Below are positions 38,101-48,126 of a stretch of 64,000 bases of DNA, piece after piece (position 1 is the first letter of the stretch; each line of letters opens with the position of its first letter). The position numbers and the translations under genes were made by a program. Where the stretch lies: positions 1,728,001 through 1,792,000 of the forward strand of contig CAWCKH010000004.1 of the NCBI GenBank assembly GCA_963796055.1. The letters run 5' to 3'. The notes beneath the pieces were generated by a model, which had not been told where the DNA came from, ran no database searches, and was given only the letters and a program-made list of their open reading frames with translations. The stretch is from an uncultured delta proteobacterium (lineage in GTDB: Bacteria; Myxococcota; Myxococcia; Myxococcales; Myxococcaceae).

Positions 38101-40236
38101 TCACCTCGGAGACGCGGAGAGACCCAGCGAGCCCGGCCCGGCGGCGGCCCGCTCCAGCGCGGTCACCACCGTGTCGGCGGTGAGCAGCTCGGGCAGCACC
38201 TCGGGCTGGTCCGGATGCGCCGGGGAGTAGACCAGGTACATCGGCACGCCGGCGCGCCCGTGGGCGGCCAGCCTGCGCGCGATGCCCGCGTCGCGCCGCG
38301 TCCAGTCCGCCACCAGGACCTGCGTCCGGGTGCGCGCCAGCACCGACTGCACCGGCTCCGAGGCGAGCACGGTGCGCTCGTTGAACTTGCAGCTCAGGCA
38401 CCACTCGGCGGTGAAGTCGACGAGCACCGGTCGGCCCTGGGCGAGGCTGCGCGACACCGCCTCGTCGCTCCAGGCATCCCGTCCCGCCACCGGCGTCGGA
38501 CCCGGGCCGAAGCGCAGCGCGACCCAGCCAGTCGCCAGCAGAACCAGGACGCCGCCCAGGAGGACCGGCTGGCGGCGCCACGTGCCCCACGCCCAGGCCA
38601 CGAGGGCGAGCACCACCAGGAAGGCGAGCAACCGCACCACAGCGTCCACCCCCGCGAGCGAGCCGAGGATGCCGGTGAGCCACACCCCGGTTCCGAGCAA
38701 TGCGAACCCGAGCAGCTGCTTCGCCCGCTCCATCCACACGCCGGGCCGGGGCAGCCGGCGGCGAAGACCGGGAACCAGCACCAGGACCGAGAATGGCGCG
38801 GCCAGGCCGAGCCCCACCGAGGTGAAGACGGCGAGCACCACCGGTGCGCTCGCGGCGAAGGCGAATCCCACCGCCGTTCCCAGCAGCGGTGCGGAGCAGG
38901 GAGTGGCAAGCACCACCGCCAGGACGCCCTCCCCGACGCTCCGCAGCGGGCCGTGGGCATGGTCCACCGCGGCGACCAGCGTCCCGGTTCCGTGGCTGGG
39001 GACGGTGAGCTCGAAGACCCCGAGCAGGTTGAGCGCGAAGAGCAGCACCACTCCCGACAGCACCGCCACGAAGAGCGGCTCCTGGAACTGGAAGCCCCAG
39101 CCCACGGCGTGCCCGGCGGCCCGGAGCCCCAGCACCGCCAGGGACAGGACGAGCAACGAGGCGAGGATGCCCCCGGTGTACGCCAGCGCGTGCATCCGCA
39201 CCGACCCGTGGTCGGCGTGGACCGTCCGGGCGAAGCCGTAGGCCTTGAGCGCCAGCACCGGGAACACGCAGGGCATGGCGTTGAGCAGCACGCCGCCGAG
39301 GAACGCGAGGAGCAGCATCCAGGCCAGGCCCGGGGTGCGCGCGGGGACCGGGGGGCTCGAGGCGGCGGTGTGCGGCACCAGCCCGGGCGGCAGCGCGAAG
39401 GGAGCGCTCACCTCCAGCGTGCCCCCGCTGGCCAGCGCGACCACCCCGGCGATGCGGGGCGGGGTGGAGGCGGGGTCGGGCGACGCCTTCCCCCAGAGCC
39501 GGAGCTTCCCGGGCGCCTCGGCAATGCCCTGGACGACGAGGATGCCGGCGAGCCGTTCCGGGACGAAGGCGTCGGCCGGGGCGAGCGCCTCGGGGCTTCC
39601 GTCGGCGCGCTCCACCGTCAGCTCGCCCTCGAACGGCTGGCCGGGGACGAAGGGGGTGGTTCGCCGGATGCTGACCCGGAGACCGGCGCTGGAGGGTTCC
39701 CGGGGTACCCGTGCCGCGGCCGCATCGAGGAGCGAGGCACCGGCCGCATCCGCCCGCCGGGGACCGACCCCCAGCACCCGGGTGAGCTCGAACCGCGCCG
39801 GGATGCACTGGACCTCGCAGACCAGCACCTCGACGGTGGCGACGATGGTCAACGGAGGGTGCACGTCCGGCTGCGCCCGGGCCGCGGTGAAGAGCACCAC
39901 CTCGCCGCCGTAGCCGTAGCTGGTGATGGAGCCGTCCGGGCTCCGGTGCACTTCCGGGGCGGGCCAGCCGAGCGGGCCGGTCGAGACGCGCGGCGCATCC
40001 CATACCACCTCGCTCGCCAGCCCCGCCTCGCCCGGATTCTTCCAGTAGATGTGCCACCCGCGCGCCATCTGGAACTGCACTCCCAGCCGGAAGGCATCGC
40101 CGGGCTCCACCTGGGTCAGGTCGGAGACGAGGGTCGCCTGGACCCTGGGCTTGCCCTCGTAAATTCCCCCACTGGCAGTGGAGGCGGGCGCCGGGGCGGC
40201 AGCCACGAGCATCGGAAGGAACCAAGCGGCAAGCAC
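38101..40236 (-). CDS. dsbD: DsbD-like thiol:disulfide interchange protein
   Basis: GWHIYWKNPG, VCEVQC, LNAMPCVFPVL, LATPCSAP, DFTAEWCLSC; start estimated. Confidence 0.88.
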   Translation of the reverse strand: MLAAWFLPMLVAAAPAPASTASGGIYEGKPRVQATLVSDLTQVEPGDAFRLGVQFQMARGWHIYWKNPGEAGLASEVVWDAPRVSTGPLGWPAPEVHRSPDGSITSYGYGGEVVLFTAARAQPDVHPPLTIVATVEVLVCEVQCIPARFELTRVLGVGPRRADAAGASLLDAAAARVPREPSSAGLRVSIRRTTPFVPGQPFEGELTVERADGSPEALAPADAFVPERLAGILVVQGIAEAPGKLRLWGKASPDPASTPPRIAGVVALASGGTLEVSAPFALPPGLVPHTAASSPPVPARTPGLAWMLLLAFLGGVLLNAMPCVFPVLALKAYGFARTVHADHGSVRMHALAYTGGILASLLVLSLAVLGLRAAGHAVGWGFQFQEPLFVAVLSGVVLLFALNLLGVFELTVPSHGTGTLVAAVDHAHGPLRSVGEGVLAVVLATPCSAPLLGTAVGFAFAASAPVVLAVFTSVGLGLAAPFSVLVLVPGLRRRLPRPGVWMERAKQLLGFALLGTGVWLTGILGSLAGVDAVVRLLAFLVVLALVAWAWGTWRRQPVLLGGVLVLLATGWVALRFGPGPTPVAGRDAWSDEAVSRSLAQGRPVLVDFTAEWCLSCKFNERTVLASEPVQSVLARTRTQVLVADWTRRDAGIARRLAAHGRAGVPMYLVYSPAHPDQPEVLPELLTADTVVTALERAAAGPGSLGLSASPR

Positions 40237-40324
40237 GGTTGGCAGCCCTAACAGGTCGGAGCGGCAACTGCTTCCCTGCTCCTCACCGCGAACGGATCCT
40301 CCCTTGCAATGGTCCCGGGGTGCC

Positions 40325-40552
40325 ATGTCGGCCTACGTGGACCCGGACGAGCTGATGCTGTTCAGCGTGGGAATGGTGCTGGGCGTCGATTCCCTCGACT
40401 ACATGGTCGACGTCGTGCTCGACCGGCGCCTGACCCGAGCCGACCACCGGAAGCTCTCGCTCGCGCTGGAGCGCAAGGGCGGGAAGCTGCCGGTCCGCGT
40501 CGACGAGGTGGTGCATCTCGTCGCCCAGCCCCGGTCGGCCCGCCCCAACTAG
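40325..40552 (+). CDS. Small hypothetical protein
   Basis: 75-aa ORF MSAYVDPDELMLF..., divergent from dsbD, coding-like codon usage. Confidence 0.6.
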   Translation: MSAYVDPDELMLFSVGMVLGVDSLDYMVDVVLDRRLTRADHRKLSLALERKGGKLPVRVDEVVHLVAQPRSARPN

Positions 40553-40571
40553 AAGCCTGTAGGACATCGCC

Positions 40572-40590
40572 GACTGCGGCCGCCCTGACC
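40572..40590. repeat. 19-bp direct repeat, copy 1
   Basis: GACTGCGGCCGCCCTGACC, identical to 41685-41703. Confidence 0.9.
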
Positions 40591-40707
40591 TGACCTACGG
40601 GCACCGGACCGCCAGCAAACGGCCTCCTCCCGGACACGGTGGCGGTGGACGCCCCCTGCCGCTAGAGGACCGTTGCTCCGGCATGCCAGCCCTTAGGTGC
40701 ACTCCAC

Positions 40708-41682
40708 GTGAACGCCAGCATCGAGTTCCTCCGGACGTACGGCCCCATCCTGGTCTTCACCAGCGTGCTCCTGGAGCAGTCGGGGGTGCCCATCCCCTGC
40801 ACACCATGGCTCATCGCCTCCGGGGCGCTGGCCCGGCTGGGGCACGGGACGGTCGCGCTCCCCGTCGCGCTGGCCACCATGGCCGCCTCGATGGGCCACT
40901 CCCTCTGGTTCCTCGCCGGGCGAAGGTGGGGCAGCCGCGTGCTGCGCCTGGTCTGCCGGGTCTCCATCGAGCCGGACAGCTGCGTGCAGCGGACCGAGAA
41001 CGCCTTCACCCGCTACGGGGCGCGGGCGCTGATCGTCGCCCCCTTCATCCCCGGCCTCACCACGCTCGCACCGCCGCTGGCCGGAATGTCCGGGATGCGG
41101 TTCCGGCGATTCCTGGCGCTCGACGGCATGGGAGACCTGCTCTGGGTCACCACCTTTGTGGGCCTGGGCTGGCTCGCGGGCGAGCCGTTCTTCCGGGCGC
41201 TCGAGGCGGGGATGGCCTACGCCGGCTCCGCGGTGGGCTTCCTGGCCGCCGGCCTCGCCGCGTACCTCGCGTTCCGGTTCCTCCAGCGGGCGCGGTTCCG
41301 CTCCCAGCTGCGCGTCCGGAGGGTGTCGGCCGGAGAGCTCAAGCGACGGATCGACGAAGGCGAGGACCTGGTGCTGGTGGACCTCCGGCACCGCCGCGAG
41401 CTCGAGGAGTCGGGCACCACGCTCCCCGGCGCGCTGCACATCTCCCCGGACGAGCTGGACCGACGGCACCCGGAGATCGCCCGCGGGCGCGACGTGGTGC
41501 TCTTCTGTAGTTGACCCGACGAATGGACGAGCGCCCGGGTGGCGCTCCGGCTGAAGCGAAGAGGCATCTCCCGGGTCCGGCCGCTCGAGGGCGGGTACGC
41601 CGGGTGGGTGGCCGAGGGCTACCCGCTGGAGCGGTGGGCGCCCGCCGAGACCGCCAGCACCTCGCTCGCCTTCGGCGCCTAG
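40708..41682 (+). CDS. DedA/VTT-rhodanese fusion, predicted selenoprotein (UGA 41512-41514)
   Basis: DedA domain (EQSGVPIP, FIPGL); rhodanese LVDLR..LPGALH..VVLFCS-U-PDEWTSARVALRLKRRGISRVRPLEGGYAGW; TAG at 41680-41682. Confidence 0.88.
41529..41547 (+). promoter_or_regulatory. SECIS-like hairpin
   Basis: Perfect 7-bp stem GAGCGCC-CGGGT-GGCGCTC; loop starts 21 nt after UGA. Confidence 0.78.
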
Positions 41683-41684
41683 CT

Positions 41685-41703
41685 GACTGCGGCCGCCCTG
41701 ACC
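41685..41703. repeat. 19-bp direct repeat, copy 2
   Basis: Identical to 40572-40590. Confidence 0.9.
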
Positions 41704-41713
41704 GAGCTCGTCG

Positions 41714-42199
41714 TCATCCCAGCGGCGCGGCCTCGTCCGTCTCCGAGGGGATCGCCTCGCGGGGCTCGGACTGCTGGAGCTCCTCGAACATCCGCTCCAT
41801 CTGCTCGCCGAGCGCCTCCAGCTCCTCGCGGGCGAAGTTCTGCTGGACGAGGGGGAAGAGGTCCGTCTCCTCCTCCTCGACGTGGTGATCGATCAGCTCC
41901 TGGAGGACCTTCATCTTGGCGTCGAACTGCTCGTCCGATGCTTCCATCTCCAGGAGATCGGCGACGACCCGCTTGGCGGCGAGGTGCTCCTCGACTGCCT
42001 CGTTCAGCTTCTCCCGGAGCGGCCCCACGTACACCGCGGGGTAGAAGATCTTCTCCTCGATCTCCCCGTGCGCGGCGAAGGCGTCGGCGATCTGCTCGAA
42101 GAGCCCCTGCTTCTCGCCCTCGTCCTCGGCCGCCTTGTACTGCTCGAAGAGCCCCTTCACCTCCTGGTGCTGGTGCTTCAACAGCTTCGTCGCGTCCAC
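41714..42199 (-). CDS. Hemerythrin/HHE domain protein
   Basis: QHQEV, HGEIEEKIFYP, EEH, HHVEEEE. Confidence 0.9.
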   Translation of the reverse strand: MDATKLLKHQHQEVKGLFEQYKAAEDEGEKQGLFEQIADAFAAHGEIEEKIFYPAVYVGPLREKLNEAVEEHLAAKRVVADLLEMEASDEQFDAKMKVLQELIDHHVEEEETDLFPLVQQNFAREELEALGEQMERMFEELQQSEPREAIPSETDEAAPLG

Positions 42200-42372
42200 G
42201 GCATGCCCCTGTCGTCGGCGGTCCATCCGGGGCGGCCCGACATGGGCAACCCGGGTGCCGTCGAAGCTGGACACGGCGAGGAGGTCCGTCCACCCCCGGT
42301 CGACCCTCCTGCGCGAAGCCGCCAGCCCGGCCGGTTGCCCGTCCGGTGCAGGGATCTGCTGCAATGGGGGCC

Positions 42373-43626
42373 ATGGCCGGCCGTCAGGAGCTGTGGGTGC
42401 GCGCGGTGACCGACAATTTCCGCCTGGCGTTCTCCACCTTCTGGGGGCACCGGCTCCGTTCCATGCTCACCCTGCTGGGCATCGTCATCGGAGCGGCCAC
42501 CGTCGTGTCGATGATGGCCCTGCTGGAGGGGCTCCGGAACAAGGTGGACGAGGACCTGACGGGGCTCGGCTCCAACGGCTTTCAGATCCAGAAGTTTCCC
42601 AACGGTTTCGGCAACTTCGACTTCGACCGTCTGTCCAAGCGCCCCAACCTCACCATCGAGGACCGGGACGACATCGAGCGCCGGCTCCCGGACATCATCG
42701 CCGCCACCGGCGAGGCCTGGGACTTCGGGGTGAAGATCTCCACCGACCGCTACGAGACCCGGCCCAACATCCAGGTGGCGGGCGGGACGGCGGACTTCTT
42801 CCTGACCAACGCCATGGACATCGCGTCCGGGCGCGCCTTCAACGTGCAGGAGGTCGCGGACGGAGAGCGGCTGGCGGTGCTCGGCTCGAACGTGGCGGAC
42901 GTCCTGTTCCCCGGCGTGGACCCGATCGGCCACGAGGTACGGATCCGCACCCGGCCGTTCCGGGTGATCGGGTTGATCAAGCGCAAGGGGGCGTTCGTCG
43001 GCGGCTTCCAGCAGGACGACGTGGTGGTGATCCCGATCAACGCCTTCTTCCCGCTCTGGGGGAAGAACCGCTCCTTGAACATCAGCATGCAGGCGGCCAC
43101 CCCGGAGATCCTCCCCCGGGCCATGGAGGAGGTGCGCCAGCTCGTGCGGCGCCGCCACAACCTCAAGCCCCAGCAGGAGGACGATTTCTTCATCTTCTCC
43201 AACGAGTCCGCCACCCAGGCGTTCAACCAGATCTCCTCGGTGGTGACCGCGGCCAGCTTCGGGGTGTGCCTGCTGTCGCTCATCGTCGGCGGCATCGGCA
43301 TCCTCAACATCATGCTGGTCTCGGTCACCGAGCGGACCCAGGAGATCGGCGTCCGCAAGGCGCTGGGGGCACGCCGCCGCCGCATCCTCGGGCAGTTCGC
43401 GACCGAGGCGATCATGCTCTCGCTGGTGGGAGGGATCCTCGGCGTGCTCGGAGGGGCGCTGGTGGCCTTCCTCGCCCGCTGGGCCTTCAACTTCCCCACC
43501 TCGGTGCCCACCTGGGCGGTGGCGCTGGCGCTGGCGATGAGCTCCGGTGTGGGGCTCATCTTCGGCATCTACCCTGCCGCCCGCGCGGCCCGGCTCGACC
43601 CGGTCGAGGCGATGCGCACCGAGTGA
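42373..43626 (+). CDS. MacB/FtsX-family ABC permease
   Basis: LRSMLTLLGIVIG, GGIGILNIMLVSVTERTQEIGVRKALGA, YPAARAARLDPVEA. Confidence 0.92.
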   Translation: MAGRQELWVRAVTDNFRLAFSTFWGHRLRSMLTLLGIVIGAATVVSMMALLEGLRNKVDEDLTGLGSNGFQIQKFPNGFGNFDFDRLSKRPNLTIEDRDDIERRLPDIIAATGEAWDFGVKISTDRYETRPNIQVAGGTADFFLTNAMDIASGRAFNVQEVADGERLAVLGSNVADVLFPGVDPIGHEVRIRTRPFRVIGLIKRKGAFVGGFQQDDVVVIPINAFFPLWGKNRSLNISMQAATPEILPRAMEEVRQLVRRRHNLKPQQEDDFFIFSNESATQAFNQISSVVTAASFGVCLLSLIVGGIGILNIMLVSVTERTQEIGVRKALGARRRRILGQFATEAIMLSLVGGILGVLGGALVAFLARWAFNFPTSVPTWAVALALAMSSGVGLIFGIYPAARAARLDPVEAMRTE

Positions 43627-43647
43627 GCCCCGGCGGGAGGCTCCTGG

Positions 43648-44397
43648 CTAGACCCCGCCCGGGGCCTGCGCGGGGCGTCCGAGCCTCGCGAGCTGCCGCA
43701 GCGAGAGGATGTGCAGGAGGATGGTGAGGGGGACGATGAACGCCGGCAGGTAGATGAACGGGAACACCGCCGGCACCAGGTTGGGAGGGGTCTCGAAGAT
43801 GCGCTGCTGTGGTCCGGGCGCCGAGAGCAGGCCGCGGACGAGCGTGTGGGCCATGTCCACCAGCCCGAAGACGTTCCAGAGCTGGGCGGCGGTCCGGGAC
43901 CAGGCGAGCCCCGTCCCGAGCAGTGCGGCCACCGCCGCGGCGCCGAGGCCCACCAGGATGTCTCCCGCGCCGGCGGTGGCCGCCCAGCCCCAGGGCGCAA
44001 GTCCGGAGGCCCAGGCGGCGAAGAGCGTCAGTCCGCCCCCGATGCGCAACGTCTGGAGCCAGGGGATGGCCGCCGGCGAGAGCGCCTGGACCGCGGCCTG
44101 CAGCCAGCCGGCGCGCCAGACGACCAGCGACAGCATCAGCGCCGGGATGAGGTACCCGAGCGGGCGGGGCACTCCGGGATCGAGCCATGCCCCGGCCACC
44201 GCCGCCGCGGTGACCGCCACGAACCAGGCGCCGAGCAGCGCCCCGATGCGTACCAGCAGGCTCCGGCGGATCGGCGCCACGCACCCCGACCGGCGGAGCC
44301 CGATGTCCAGTCCCCGCAGGGTCAGCCAGGCGACCAGCAGCACGTAGGCGCAGACGGCGACGGTGATGCGGAGCGGTACCTCGGGGACGGGGTTCAT
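43648..44397 (-). CDS. Hypothetical integral membrane protein
   Basis: Several TM segments; AGAGDILVG, WNVFGLVD, FPFIYLPAFIVP. Confidence 0.7.
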   Translation of the reverse strand: MNPVPEVPLRITVAVCAYVLLVAWLTLRGLDIGLRRSGCVAPIRRSLLVRIGALLGAWFVAVTAAAVAGAWLDPGVPRPLGYLIPALMLSLVVWRAGWLQAAVQALSPAAIPWLQTLRIGGGLTLFAAWASGLAPWGWAATAGAGDILVGLGAAAVAALLGTGLAWSRTAAQLWNVFGLVDMAHTLVRGLLSAPGPQQRIFETPPNLVPAVFPFIYLPAFIVPLTILLHILSLRQLARLGRPAQAPGGV

Positions 44398-47300
44398 GGG
44401 CCGGAGGCGAGGGCGAGCGGAGCCACGCCCGCGGCGGAGACCCGCGGCCGGGCAGCCCGCTGCGGCTGCGTGGTCTTCGGGGGTCCCCGGACCAGCACCT
44501 TGCGCGAGAAGGCCTGGTCCACCTGGGCCACGAAGGCGCGGAAGGCCGGGTACTCGCTGGCGGAGATGCGGTCGCGGGTGAACACCAGCTCGCCGCGGCA
44601 GACCAGCACCCCCTGCTCCACCGAGTAGGCGAGGTGAATCCGTCCGAATCCGGTGTCGGTCGTCACGTCGGGGGGGAGCGCGTCCACGCTCCATCCCGGC
44701 GGCAGCCGGTAGCGGAAGGTGAAGCGGCTCACGCTCGGACCGTCGAGCACCAGGTCGCCCCGGCGCTCCGCGAGCCCAGCGTACGTCTCCACGTAACCAC
44801 GCCGGCTCCCGAAGGGCAGGAAGCGCAGCGTGTCCCCGCCCACCTCGGCGTAGCGCGGGATGCTCAGCTGGTAGTCGAGCGCCACGTCCTGGTCGAGCCG
44901 GCTCGGGTCGCTGATCGACACCTTGTCCACGCTGAGGCCGGGGAACGTCTGCGCCCACCCCTGCTCGAAGGTGGTCCGGCGGGTGGCCGCCGACTGGTAG
45001 CTGCGGCGGTACTCGGGCGCGGCACTGCCGCGCACCCGGCTCTCTCCCTTCACCTCGGCGCCACCGCCCGGCCGCAGGGCGAGATCCAGCTGCACGTCGG
45101 TCACGTTGTCCTCGGGCCGTGCCTCCGGGGTGACGGTGAACCGGCTCTTCCCGTCCGGCTCGACGACCAGGATGCTCGCCCGGCGGTCGGGGACGGGCAG
45201 CTCGGTCGCGCCGTGGAACTCGGCGGTGCCGTCCAGGTACCAGTCCAGCCCCGGCACGTAGACGATGGCGTGGTTGAAGACCGCGAGCGAGGCCGGCTCG
45301 GCGGGCACGGCCCCGAGCTGGCGCATCCGGAGCAGCACGATGCGGCTGTCCACGCCGGAGACCTCGAGCAGCGCGTGCAGGAGCGACGCCTTGTCCTTGC
45401 AGTCCCCGAAGCGGCGCGCGAGCACCCGGTCGACCCGGTACGGCTTGTACCCGTGGATGCCGAACTCCAGCGCCACGTAGCGGGTGTTCTTCACCACGTA
45501 CTCGTAGAGGGCGCGCACCACTGCCCGGGTGTCCTTGCGGTCGACGCCCTTCAGCGCCCCATCCGCTGCGCGGCGGATGCTCTCGTCGGGTACCAGCTGG
45601 TCGCGGATCAGGCTCCAGTAGTAGCGGCCCACCTCCTCCCAGGTCCGGTAGGTCGAGACGTGCAGGGTCGCCGCCACCTCGGACCAGCCCGGCATCCCCG
45701 GCTCGGGCGTCACCCGGGAGACGCGCCTGGCCTCGAACCGGTAGAGTACCCGGCCATCGGGCGAGGGCTCGCGGCGCGCGCGCACCCCCGCGCCGAGGGT
45801 CTTCTCATTCCAGTACAGCGTCCGCCCCGCCGGCATGTCGACCAGGTACTCCCAGCGCAGCTTGGGGGTGACCCCCTGCACGTAGGTGAGGTCACCCCAG
45901 TAGTCGGAGAGGAGGTTGTCGCTCGCCGTGTCCTCCACCCGGTACTGCAGCTCGAGCACGTCACCGGGGGCGAGCCCGGGGAAGCTGAGCACCTTGGCCT
46001 GGGCGTCGTAGTACATGCCGGCCCAGGGCTCGTTCAGGCTGCGGTTGGTGTCGCCGAAACTCTCCACCAGCGAGCCGTCGGGCTTGGTGATGCGGGCGCG
46101 GAGGATGCGCACCTCCTCGCGGCTCGGGCTGTAGGTGATGGGGAAGCTCCGGAAGGCGTCCGCGCCGCGGCGGGTGTAGACCTTCACCGCGAGCTGGTGG
46201 AAGCGGCTGGAGAGCCCGCTCTGTTGCACCCGCACCCGGGTGACGTCGGCCAGCGTCACCGCATCCTCGGCGTAGCTGTCCGCCTCGGCGAGAAGAGGCC
46301 GCACGTCGATGGCGTCGGCGGTGGCCGCCGACGTCTCGGCGCCCCGCAGTGCGCGGACGGCGTCGCGCAGCGCCGGGTTCTGCGGGCGCAGCACGAGCGA
46401 GCGGTCCAGGGCGGCGAGCGCCTTGTCCTTCTGCCCGGCGTACAGGAGGGCCCGTCCCTTCCGCTCGAAGACCTCTGGCTCGTCAGGGCAGAGCGCCTCG
46501 GCCTCGGAGAAGAGGACCAGCCCCTCCTCCAGGCGGCCGTTGGAGGCCAGGAGCTCGGCCAGCCGGAGGCGGACGTCGTTGCTGGTGGGAGACAGCCGCA
46601 GCGCCTTGCGGAACGCGTCCACGGCCCCGTTCACGTCCCCGCCATCGGCCAGCATCTCGGCGAGGAGCGACAGGCTTGCCCCGTCGCCGGGCCGCGCCGC
46701 GAGCACGCCGCGCAGCCGCTCCCGCGCTTCGTCCGACCGGTCCAGCCGGCGCGCGCTCCGCACGCGCTCGCGACCAGCCTCCGGGACACGCCAGGTGGAG
46801 GCCGGAAGGCCCTCGATGCGCTGGGTCGCCGACACCGAGTCGCCGAGGTCGTCCTCGGCACGGGCCAGCAGCACCTGGGCGGGGACGAAGGCCTTCCACC
46901 GTTGCACCAGCGGTTGCATCAGCGGGAGCACCCGCTCGGGGTGACCCTGGGAGAGCTCGGCCCGGGCGAGCAGCAGGCGCGCCTCGACGAGCTCCGGAGC
47001 CACGGCGAGCGCGCTCTCCAGATGCCGGCGGCCCAGGTTCTCGTCCTGCTGGAGCCGTGCGGCGAGCAGCTCGATGCGGGCGTCGGGGCGGCCGGCACGC
47101 GTGGCGTCGGCGGCGGCCCGCTCGGCATTCACCGCGTCGGCGTGCTCCCGGACGTCGAACGCCTGGGTTGCCTCGAGCACCTGGGCGAGCTCGGCGCGGA
47201 GCCGCGCGTCGTCCGGCCGGCGCGCCACCTGCGCCTCGAGCGCGGTCTTCAGGGTGGGCAGCCCCCGGGCGGCAGGGGCCGGGCCCGACGGGATCGCCGG

Positions 47301-48125
47301 AAGCCGCTCGGGGGTCACCGGGTGGGCGCGCGCCGATTCGTCCCGGAGGTACGCCCCGAGCACCCCGGAGTCCTCGTGGCACACCTTGAGGAGCACCCGG
47401 TTGACGCCGGCCCGCAGCTGGACCGAGACACGCTCCTGATCGGGTCGCGCAGGATGGTAGGCGTCGCTGCTCGACACCTTCACCCCGTTGACCCACAGCC
47501 GGAAGCCACCGGACGTGCCCAGGGCGAGGACGGTGCGGCGCGGCGCCGGCTCGTCGAGCAGCGCGAGCACGTAGGCCACCACCCCCCGGGAGGGACGAAG
47601 CATCGCGCCGAGGTCGACCCCTCCGTCGAGCGAGCGGGCCGGCGCCTTCCGCCAGCGGGTGAGGTGGCCCTTGGCCTGGAGCGACGGCTTCAAGTCAAGG
47701 CTCTGCTCGGGGCCGAAGTCGGTGTCGCAGCCCGTCTTCCCCTCGTTGTCGAACCCGCCGAGCACGTACACGTCCTGCACGTAGCCGAGAGCCCGGAGCC
47801 GGCGCTCGGCCGCGTCCACCCGGCCCTGCGCCACGTCGATGTCCACCAGCAGCTGCCGGGCGAGGGTGCGGGTGAAGGGCTCGGCGCGGGCATCGGTGGC
47901 GATGCGGCCGAAGGTGGCGTCCACCGGGCGCGGGTCGGCGAGGTCGTCGCGGAGGCCGCGGAGGCGGATCAGCGCCGCGGCGCCCCGCAGAGAGTGGGAA
48001 TCGGCGAGCGCTTCCTTCGCGCGGGCCTGCGCCTCGGCGGGGAGTGGATCGTCGACGGGAGCCGCAGGAGACCCTGCGGCGAGGAGGGCCGAGAGAAGGA
48101 GGCTGGAGACCACGGTGTCCTGCAC
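44394..48125 (-). CDS. TPR + DUF3857 + transglutaminase-like secreted protein
   Basis: TPR repeats, RYVALEFG, FGDCKDKA, FNHAIVY, LDGT. Confidence 0.88.
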   Translation of the reverse strand: MQDTVVSSLLLSALLAAGSPAAPVDDPLPAEAQARAKEALADSHSLRGAAALIRLRGLRDDLADPRPVDATFGRIATDARAEPFTRTLARQLLVDIDVAQGRVDAAERRLRALGYVQDVYVLGGFDNEGKTGCDTDFGPEQSLDLKPSLQAKGHLTRWRKAPARSLDGGVDLGAMLRPSRGVVAYVLALLDEPAPRRTVLALGTSGGFRLWVNGVKVSSSDAYHPARPDQERVSVQLRAGVNRVLLKVCHEDSGVLGAYLRDESARAHPVTPERLPAIPSGPAPAARGLPTLKTALEAQVARRPDDARLRAELAQVLEATQAFDVREHADAVNAERAAADATRAGRPDARIELLAARLQQDENLGRRHLESALAVAPELVEARLLLARAELSQGHPERVLPLMQPLVQRWKAFVPAQVLLARAEDDLGDSVSATQRIEGLPASTWRVPEAGRERVRSARRLDRSDEARERLRGVLAARPGDGASLSLLAEMLADGGDVNGAVDAFRKALRLSPTSNDVRLRLAELLASNGRLEEGLVLFSEAEALCPDEPEVFERKGRALLYAGQKDKALAALDRSLVLRPQNPALRDAVRALRGAETSAATADAIDVRPLLAEADSYAEDAVTLADVTRVRVQQSGLSSRFHQLAVKVYTRRGADAFRSFPITYSPSREEVRILRARITKPDGSLVESFGDTNRSLNEPWAGMYYDAQAKVLSFPGLAPGDVLELQYRVEDTASDNLLSDYWGDLTYVQGVTPKLRWEYLVDMPAGRTLYWNEKTLGAGVRARREPSPDGRVLYRFEARRVSRVTPEPGMPGWSEVAATLHVSTYRTWEEVGRYYWSLIRDQLVPDESIRRAADGALKGVDRKDTRAVVRALYEYVVKNTRYVALEFGIHGYKPYRVDRVLARRFGDCKDKASLLHALLEVSGVDSRIVLLRMRQLGAVPAEPASLAVFNHAIVYVPGLDWYLDGTAEFHGATELPVPDRRASILVVEPDGKSRFTVTPEARPEDNVTDVQLDLALRPGGGAEVKGESRVRGSAAPEYRRSYQSAATRRTTFEQGWAQTFPGLSVDKVSISDPSRLDQDVALDYQLSIPRYAEVGGDTLRFLPFGSRRGYVETYAGLAERRGDLVLDGPSVSRFTFRYRLPPGWSVDALPPDVTTDTGFGRIHLAYSVEQGVLVCRGELVFTRDRISASEYPAFRAFVAQVDQAFSRKVLVRGPPKTTQPQRAARPRVSAAGVAPLALASGP

Positions 48126-48126
48126 C

